Origin: Ureaplasma parvum serovar 3 str. ATCC 27815
GTDB taxonomy: Bacteria > Bacillota_I > Bacilli_A > Mycoplasmatales > Mycoplasmoidaceae
Length of the DNA stretch: 32,000 nucleotides
Assembly: GCF_000019345.1 (NCBI RefSeq)
Contig: NC_010503.1
Coordinates: 390,001 to 422,000 of the forward strand
Reading direction: 5' to 3'
The position numbers and the translations under genes are program-made. The notes under the pieces were generated by a model that worked only from the letters and a program-made list of their open reading frames with translations, did not search any database and was not told the DNA's origin. Positions 21,711-32,000 of the stretch are shown here, one piece after another; positions within the stretch are counted from its first letter, which is position 1, and every line of letters begins with the position of its first letter.

Positions 21711-21746
21711 AATAAAAACCTCTTTTTAAAGAAGGAGGTTTTTATT
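21711..21746. terminator. bidirectional intrinsic terminator between lipoprotein 4 and gapN
   Basis: Perfect 12-bp arms AATAAAAACCTC / GAGGTTTTTATT; overlaps the gapN stop codon. Confidence 0.75.
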
Positions 21747-23169
21747 TATTAATGATTATTCCTTTGATTGTTGTCATTGATAAAATTGCATCAACAATAC
21801 CTTGAACACCAAATCCAGAATCTTTAACACCAAAAAAAGGTAAAATATCTGGACCACGTGAACTTGATTTATTAATGTTAATTGTTCCTGATTCAATTTG
21901 TAAAGCTAATTGTTCAATACTTGCATAATTTGTTGTAAAAATACAAGCTTGTAAACCATATTGTGATTGATTAATTAAATCAATAGCTTCTTGTATACTA
22001 TTATAAGTTATAATTGGTAAAATAGGACCGAATGGTTCTTCTCAAGCTACGCGCATTTCTTTTGTAACATTATCAATTACTAAAGGATGCAAAAGGTTAT
22101 TTTTTTCATTATAAACGATTTTTTGGTGTACTATTGCTCCTTTTTTGATTGCATCCTCAACTAATGATAAGTTATATTTTAATGAATTAGAATTAATTAA
22201 TGGAGTAATTATGGGATTTTGTTGTGGTAAACCGACTGTTAAAGCGTCAACTTTTTTGTTAATTAAATTAACTAATAAATCATGATTTTTATGCGAAACA
22301 AATACTCGTTTGATTGCAGTACATCTTTGCCCGCTAAAGCCATAAGCACCTTTAACTATTTCATTAGCAGCTAGTTCAAAATCCGCATCATCTAAAACAA
22401 GGGCTGGATCTTTTCCTCCTAATTCTAAAACTAAAGAAATCTTTGATGTTATTTCAGCAATATGATTGCCTACTTTAGGTCCGCCCGTAAAGCTAATCGC
22501 TTTAACATATTTATTAGTAACTAGTAGATCACCTGTTATACGTGCTTCAGTTGTTAAGCAGTTAACAACTCCTTTTGGAAAACCTACTTCATGAACTAAT
22601 TCACTAATTCGAATACCAATTAATGAACCTTGTGTTGATGGTTTATAAACTAAACTATTACCAGAAACTAATGCTGGTGCTAATTTTGAAATCAATAAGT
22701 TAATAGGATAATTAAAAGGACAAATTGCTAAAACAACACCAACTGGAATACGATAATATGTTGCCACTTTGTTTTTAACATGGTGAACTGTTTCATCAAA
22801 AATAATTGGTTTTTGCATTAATTTTTGATACTCAAAAACTGTTTCGCGTAAATAATCAGCACTTCGTTCAACTTCAATTAGGCTATCTTTTAATCCTTTT
22901 GCAATTTCAGTACTAATAATTTGTGCTAATTCTTGTTTATGTTCATCTAGTTTATCGGCTAATTTTAAAAGTAGATCACAACGATATTTAATTGGTGTGT
23001 CCTTAAATTTTAGATATGCTATATGAGCATTTTCAAAAATAGTATTAATTTCATTTTCATTATGAATGTTAGGAACATAAGCAATAATTTGATTATTAGA
23101 TGGATTATAAACTGGTAGTTTTTCTTTAGCATCAACAAATGCTCCATTAATTAATGTTTTATAGTTCAA
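21742..23169 (-). CDS. gapN: NADP-dependent non-phosphorylating glyceraldehyde-3-phosphate dehydrogenase / aldehyde dehydrogenase family (475 aa)
   Basis: ALDH family motifs LVLELGGKDPALVLDDAD, GAYGFSGQRCTAIKRVFV, FTGGPKVGNHIA, and GVVLAICPFNYPINLLISKLAPALVSGN. GapN assignment from overall pattern and Mollicutes context. Confidence 0.85.
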
Positions 23170-23200
23170 ATTAAAAACCTCCTTTATTATTTAAATTAAA

Positions 23201-24187
23201 TTATAGTAATTTAATCCCTTTTTTTAACAATTCATCTTTATATTCATTTGGTCAAACTGAAACTTGTACCTCACCAATGTGTTTTTTGTTTAATAAAAAC
23301 ATACATAAACGACTTTGACCGATTCCCCCACCAATTGTTTGGGGTAGTTGATTATTTAAAATCATTTGATGATAAAAATTATTTTCTTGATCATTTTTTA
23401 AATTAGCAAAATTTGTTTGCTTAATAAAATCTTGTTTGCTAACACGAATTCCCATTGATGATAATTCAATGGCTTGATCATTTAATTTATGATAAACAAT
23501 TAAATCTCCATTTAAATTTCAATTATCATATTCTGGAGAACGTATTGATTGAATATAACCTGATTTTAGTGGATATCCAATTTGGTATATAAAAATTGCT
23601 TTATGAATTTTTGCAAACTCATATTCACGTCGAGATGGTGATAAATGTGGATATAAATCTTCTAATTCTTGTGAACTAATAAAAGTAATACTATCTGGTA
23701 AAATAATTTGTTTTGGATTATATAATTGATCAATTTCTAATTGAACAATTCTAATTGTTGAATAAATTTTATTAACGATTGATTTTAAAAAATCTAAGTT
23801 ACAATCTTGGTTATTAATTAAAATTTCTCAATCTCACTGATCAACATAAATGCTATGAATTTCATCGATGTCATCATCTGCACGAATTGCATTCATATCA
23901 GTATACAAACCTTCATATAAACTAAAACCATAATCTAATAAAGCTAAACGTTTTCATTTTGCTAGTGATTGAACAATTTCAAGTGTTTTATCTAATTTTT
24001 TAGCATAAAAACTTACTGCTTTTTGTTTATGGTCTAAATGATCATTTAGACCTGATTGTCCTTCAACAAATAATGGTGCTGTTACACGTGAAAGATTTAA
24101 ATTTTTTGCAAAATGTTTTTGAAAAGAATTTTTAATCTCTACAATTGCTTTTTGTGTTTGATTAATTTTAGCTTTTTGTAATTGATC
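23201..24187 (-). CDS. asnA: aspartate-ammonia ligase (asparagine synthetase A), 328 aa
   Basis: GTG start at 24187 after AAAGGAG; contains [29 protein letters not shown] and [28 protein letters not shown]. Confidence 0.9.
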
Positions 24188-24824
24188 CACGTTTTTTAAC
24201 TCCTTTGTAAAAATTAATGTAGTAAATAATACCACTGATTACAGATAATGATGTTGCAAAAAATAAAGGAATATTAAATAAATAAACGTTTTTTCATGAT
24301 GAGGTTAAGCTTAGTAAAAATAAAATAAAGCAAATACTAATAAATAGTAGAATGGATTTAATTTTGCCAAAAATATTTGCTGGAATAATAATTTTCTTAC
24401 TTGAAGCAAACATTCGTAAACCATCAATAAAAATATCTCGTAAGATATTAATAATTGTTAAATAAGCTAGTGCTGTATGATCTAGTGTTAAACAAATTAA
24501 AACACCATTAACAAGGATTTTATCAGAAATAGGATCTAAGATTTTCCCTAAATTTGAAACTAAATTATATTTACGAGCTATATATCCATCTAAGAAATCA
24601 GAAAAAGCAGCAATAATAAAAATAATTGTTGCACTTAAACGCAATGCACTAATATTGGCATCTAAAACTTCATAGACAATATTTAAATTTTTTGTGTAAA
24701 AATCAACTAATAATAAGATGATGCAAATAAGTGCTAAAAAAATTCTAAAGATAGTGATAATATTAGGAATGTTTCTAAAAAAAGGTGATGATGAGATGTT
24801 TTTTTTAAAATTCAATTTGGCCAT
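24168..24824 (-). CDS. pgsA: CDP-diacylglycerol-glycerol-3-phosphate 3-phosphatidyltransferase (218 aa)
   Basis: CDP-alcohol phosphatidyltransferase motif [28 protein letters not shown] (DGxxAR...G...D...D). TGA=Trp extends the frame to 24168. Confidence 0.92.
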
Positions 24825-26169
24825 GACTTCGTGGGAATGGGATTGTATCTTTAATATTATTAACTCCTGTTACATACATCACTAAACGCTCAAAACCAAT
24901 TCCAAAACCTGATGACATATAATATCCGAAACGACGTAAATCTAAATATCATTGTAAACTTTCAATTGGCATTTTTAATTCTTGACATCGTTTTAATAGT
25001 TTCTCATAACTATCTTCACGTTGTGATCCACCCACTAATTCGCCAACGCCTGGAATTAATAAATCTGTTGAAGCTACAGTTTGTTGATCATCGTTTAATT
25101 TCATATAAAATGCTTTAATATCCTTTGGATAATTTTGTAAGAACACAGGACCTTGATGATATGTTTCACACATGTATCTTTCGTGCTCTGATCCTAAATC
25201 CATTCCAAAAAAGATTTCATTATTTTCGAATTGATGACCATTTTTAACAGCATCAGCTAGGATTTTAACTGCATCTTTATATTCAATACGTTCAAATTTA
25301 GACTCAACAACTTTTTGTAGTTTTTTAATTAAATTTTCATCATTTCTTTGAGCTAAAAATTCTAATTCTTGTTGATTTTTTTCTAAAACAGCCTTAATAA
25401 CATGTTTAACTAAATCTTCAACAATATCTTGCATACCTTTTAAATCAACAAAAGCCATTTCAGGTTCAATCATTCAAAATTCTGCTAAATGACGATTTGT
25501 GTGAGATTTTTCAGCTCTAAAAGTAGGACCAAATGTATAAACATTACCAAAAGCTTGTGCGTATGCTTCAGCTTGTAATTGACCTGTTACAGATAAATGA
25601 GTTTGTTTACCAAAAAATTCTTCATTATCAAATTTTTGAATACTAAAAGTTTCGCCAGCTCCTTCAGCATCATTTCCTGTAAACAATGGTGCAGCTAATC
25701 AACTATATTCGTTTTGATTCATAAATTCATGAACTGCAAAAGCAAGTGTTGCCCTCACTTTCATAATGGCATGAAATAAATTTGTTCTTGGTCTTAAATG
25801 AGCATTTAAACGCAATGTTTCTAAATTTAAATCATTGTTTGATAATAAAAAATCTTCATCACTTTGTTTTAAAATTTGAGCATTTAATACTTCTAGTTCT
25901 AATGGTTGTTTAGCTGTTGGAGTTAATTTAATTACACCTTCAATAACAACAGCGGCTCACATTCGTGCTGCAGCTATTTCTTCATAATTGTCAATTTTAT
26001 CAACACGATATACAGCTTGTAAATTTGTTAAAGAACTACCATCATTTAGAACTAAAAAACCAATTTTTTTTGAATCACGGTTTGAACGAACTCAAGCTTT
26101 AATTTGTATCTTTTGGCCTTCAAGTTTTACATAGTCTTGATTAAAAATTTCTTTAATTTTTAATTGCAT
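24805..26169 (-). CDS. asnS: asparaginyl-tRNA synthetase (454 aa)
   Basis: Class II motifs [44 protein letters not shown]-terminal [35 protein letters not shown]; TGA=Trp joins ORFs. Confidence 0.93.
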
Positions 26170-26262
26170 AATAAAATCATTACCTTTTTTTTCTTTTTTA
26201 AATAATATATAAATAAAAAAGCAAAACATCATTGATTAATAAGTTTCGCTTTAAATTAGTTT

Positions 26263-26886
26263 TTATTGCTCGTTTTTTGCTTCTAGTTTTTGTTGCTTTT
26301 CAAGACGCTTTTGTTCACGTTGACGTTTCTTTTCTTCTTGTTGTTCATCAAAACGCTTTTCAGCAGCAACCTTATCTTGTTGAGTTTGTTTTACTAATTC
26401 AAAAATCTTTCAACCAGCATCTGACATACCATTATTTTTTAAACGACGATATTTAACGTATTTGCCAGATTTAACAGGTGTTTTTGGTTCTTTTTCTTCT
26501 TTAATACTTTCTTGTTTATTAACTTGATTATCTTGGTTAACATAAACAATTTTCTCAACAATTTTTTCGATTGGCTTTTCAACTTCAATAACTTTTTCAA
26601 TATAAACAGGTTTTTCAACTTCAACAATTTTTGTATTGCTTAGGTTTGTTAAATCATTTAAATCAACACGTAATTTAACAATTTGTGTTTCATGATTTAA
26701 TGACACTTCTTGTTCATAAACATTATTAGTTTCACCATCATCACTATCATAATTTTCGTGTTCACAATAATGGTTATATTCAATTGTTTTTAATTTTCTT
26801 TTTAAATTATCAACTTTATTAGCTAAATCACGAAGCTCTAATAATTCGCTAATTTGTGGATCATATTTTTTATTAGTTGCAGACAT
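26263..26886 (-). CDS. hypothetical charged/coiled-coil protein with VEKP/IEK repeats (207 aa)
   Basis: ATG at 26886 preceded by GGAGGA; TGA=Trp extends the track ORF downstream to 26263. Contains EVEKPVYIEKVIEVEKPIEKIVEKIVYV. Confidence 0.75.
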
Positions 26887-27025
26887 TTGTTCCTCCACTA
26901 AACGACTTGGACATTTATATTTAAATATAACATTAAAATATTATTAAATATTAATAATTTTAACATAATATAAGGAATTGAAATGTGGTTATGATCATCA
27001 AGAATTAATAATTTATGAAATTTAT

Positions 27026-28549
27026 TTATTCTTCATCATTTTCATCATCACTAACTTCTAACAAAAGTTTATTTGGATCAATTTTTCTAATTGTTAATTC
27101 ATTGATTTTCTTTTTTAAAGTATTTAGTTTTTTGTTAATAATATCTTCAGCACTTTCTTCAATACTTTCTGCTTTTTTAATAATAGCTTTTGAATCATCG
27201 ATTATTTTTTTAGTTTTATCATTGATGTATTTTAGAGTGTTATCAACAATATCTTTTTTTAATTCATCAAGATTTTCTTCAATTTTTGCACGATCTTCAT
27301 ATCTTATGATTTGTGAATTAATTTTTGCTTTAAGGGTTGCAAAATTTCGAATCATATCAACTAAAGGAATGAAGTATTGTGGCCGTACAGCAAACATATT
27401 TTTGTATTCATTAATTTTTTTAATTACAAAATGATCTTCTGGTTCTAATTCAGTTACTAAAATTGCATATTCAGATTTTTGATTAATACGATCTTGATCT
27501 AATTTTTTATAGTGAGCACTATTTTTTGTACCTTTTTGATTGTCAAAAAATTCTGTTTTCGCTTCAATTGTCGCACTAAAAATTAATTTTTTATCATCAT
27601 TTGACATTTCTTTACCAAAATCAAAAAATTCTAATAAAAAGTCAGCTTTTTTACCATCAATTGCTTCATTAATTTTAGTGAATGTCATATCAGGACATGA
27701 AAATGAGTAAGTTTCATCAAATTTATTTTTTAATCATTGTTCAAGTTCTTCACCAACAAGTTTAACATTTGATGATTTTTCACGTTTTAATTGTTCAATA
27801 CTTTCTGTTAATTTATGGATCTCTTTATCTTTTTTACTTTCAAGTTCCTTAATTTCAACAATTTTTTTAGACTCTCAATTTTCTTTAGCAGCCTTCATAT
27901 TATCTTCATGAGCTTGAATAGCAAATTTTAATTTTTCTATTTCAATATCTAAATCTATTTTATCTTTAATAATTTTTTGATATTCATTACTTTCTTTAAA
28001 ATTAATAATTGCCATTTTTTCAGCATTATCTAATTTAATTTCTTGTTTAGCAATAGTATTTTTTAACGATTTTGTTTCTTCATCAAATTGGCTTTTTAAC
28101 TTTAATTCTATATTTTCAATTTCTTTTTTGTAGCTTTGTTCATTACTTTCAATTGTCTTATTTAAAGAATTAATTTTTTCTTGTGCTTTAATTAAATTTT
28201 TGTATTCATCACTATCTTTAAAATGAGCAATTGCTTTATTTCCCTCATTTTTTAATTTTTCTTTTAATTCATCACGTTGTTTTTCTAAATCATATCTTTG
28301 TTTAACTAACTCATTGTAATCACGATCATTAGCTAAAAAATTATTTCTTCAATTTTGTTCTTCTTCTTCACGAATTTTTTTGATAAATTCATCACGTTGT
28401 TTTTCTAAATTTTGATTAAAAGATTCATAAATAGTTGAATTTTCATCTTTGAAAACCAAAATCTCATTGGTATTAATCGGCTCAAGAATTTCAAATTCTA
28501 ATTTTTCAATATTAATTAATTTAATTTTTTTATTAGCTGTAGTTTTCAT
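27026..28549 (-). CDS. DUF2130-like coiled-coil protein with C-terminal nuclease-like (RmuC/PD-(D/E)XK-type) region (507 aa)
   Basis: Long heptad-rich N-terminal two-thirds; C-terminal GKKADFLLEFFDFGK...IFSATIEAKTEF...HYKKLDQDRINQKSEYAILVTEL. Frame continuous with TGA=Trp. Confidence 0.75.
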
Positions 28550-28790
28550 AAACGACTCCTTTGTGTTATTTTAGGATCATACTTTTATTATAATGTGTTC
28601 TAAAAAATATCATCTTTAAATAAATATTTATTTTTGGTACATTAGTTAATAATTAATGTTTATTCATAATTAAAATCTTAATCCTTAATTTATTAATATA
28701 GATTAGTAAAACTCACTTATTTTAAAAACTTTCGTGTTTTTCTTTGCTAAAATTAAAGATAAGTTTTTAAAAATTAAATTGGTGAAATTT

Positions 28791-30092
28791 ATGTTAAATG
28801 TTGTAGAAATTATTAGCAAGAAAAAAAATAATATTGAATTAAGTGAACAAGAAATTAAATTTGTTTATGATGGTTTTGTTAATAAGACAATTCCAGATTA
28901 TCAAATGGCAGCTTTTTTAATGGCTGTTAATTTTTGTGGATATAGTGAAAATGAACAATACTATGCAACTAAAGCAATGGTTGAATCTGGTAAATTATTA
29001 GATTTGCGTGTTGAAAATAAAATTGTTGTTGACAAACATTCATCTGGTGGTGTGGGAGATAAAGTTTCAATTATTTTAACTCCTTTACTATCAGCTTTAG
29101 GATTATACGTTGGAAAAATGTCTGGTCGAGGATTAGGGCATACTGGTGGTACAGTTGATAAATTAGAATCATTGAATTTAAATTTAGATTTTGATTTAAA
29201 AACATACATGAATCAGCTAAAAGATAATGGTTTATTATTAACTGGTCAATCAGATGATATGGTTGTGGCTGATAAATATATTTATGCATTACGAGATGTA
29301 ACAGCAACAAGTGATGTGTTTGATCTTATGATAGGATCAATTATGGCTAAAAAATTAGCTTTAATTACTGATTATATTTTCTTAGATGTTAAAGTTGGTG
29401 AAGGAGCATTTTGTAAAAATGTTGCACAAGCAGAATCTTTAGCAACAAAGATGTTAAAATTATCAAAGAAATTTAATCGTAATACAATTATCCATTTAAC
29501 AAATATGGACCAACCTTTAGGAAAAGCAATTGGTAATGCTATTGAAATTAAAGAAAGTATGGATTATTTATTAGGTAAACCAGTGCCCCAAGATTTATAT
29601 GATTTAATTAATCAGTTTGCTTTAGACATCTTAATTGATACAAAATTCGCTAAAAACAAGGAAGATGCTCAATCTAAGATTGATAACGTCATTAAAAATG
29701 GTTTAGCTTATCAAAAATTTGTGAATTGAGTAAAATGATACAAAGGTGATTATATTAGTCTTGAAAATGATACATATTTTAACCCTAAATACAAATTAGA
29801 GATTTTAGCAAAACAAGATGGATATTTAGACTTTAAATCAACAAAAGAATTGGGTATGATTGCTGTTGATTTAAAAGCAGGACGTAAAGTTAAAACTGAT
29901 CAATTAGATTTTCAAGCTGGAATTTATTTAAATAAGAAAAATAATGATTTCGTTAAAACAAATGAAGTTATTGCTACACTTTATGCTAGCGAGCCAATTA
30001 ATGATGAAGTTGTTAATAAATACCATAACAATGTAGTTTATTTAAAAACACCAAAACAAATTGCACCATCAATTATTAAAGTAATGCGTTAA
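28791..30092 (+). CDS. deoA: pyrimidine-nucleoside / thymidine phosphorylase (433 aa)
   Basis: VVDKHSSGGVGDKVSIILTPLLSALGLYVGKMSGRGLGHTGGTVDKLESL signature; TGA=Trp. Symbol could equally be pdp. Confidence 0.92.
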
Positions 30093-30122
30093 ATAATAAA
30101 AAAGTAAGGAAGAATATTTATT

Positions 30123-32000
<1,878 letters not shown>

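Noticed and set aside
26500-26640. Short repeated pattern (ttttcaacttcaataac...) as a possible CRISPR or regulatory repeat
   Set aside because: Repeats are the coding sequence of the VEKP/IEK motif in the minus-strand protein, without unique spacers of constant length.
27015-27434. Plus-strand 139-aa hydrophobic ORF and the 62-aa ORF at 26439
   Set aside because: Apparent hydrophobicity comes from antisense reading of Lys/Glu/Asp-rich coiled-coil genes; no SD and no homology signal.

Overview
Very AT-rich Mollicutes chromosomal window. In-frame TGA codons must be read as Trp, which is why the supplied ORF track splits many genes. Gene content and order suggest Ureaplasma, but that is inference. 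Most of the window is housekeeping: the cmk 3' end, plsC, scpA-scpB, tig, lon, rpoD, trmK-like, NIF3-like, truB-ribF, a minus-strand cluster asnS-pgsA-asnA-gapN, pdp/deoA-like and a 5'-partial alaS. The accessory part is about 13.6-21.7 kb. It holds three large paralogous lipoproteins (555, 544 and 544 aa), two FecCD-type ABC permeases between the first and second, and a short orphan lipoprotein (174 aa). No ABC ATPase is present. Best second-look items are: (a) this lipoprotein/FecCD locus as a possible atypical uptake system with multiple binding lipoproteins; (b) long near-identical DNA blocks between the second and third lipoproteins, suggesting recent conversion or duplication; (c) a CIRCE-like inverted repeat upstream of lon; (d) a 15-T tract after a perfect hairpin upstream of lipoprotein 2; (e) a coiled-coil protein with a PD-(D/E)XK-like C-terminal region (DUF2130/RmuC-like); (f) an unusually long ScpB N-terminal extension. 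I saw no CRISPR array, transposase, prophage, tRNA or rRNA gene. No clearly novel defence system could be supported.
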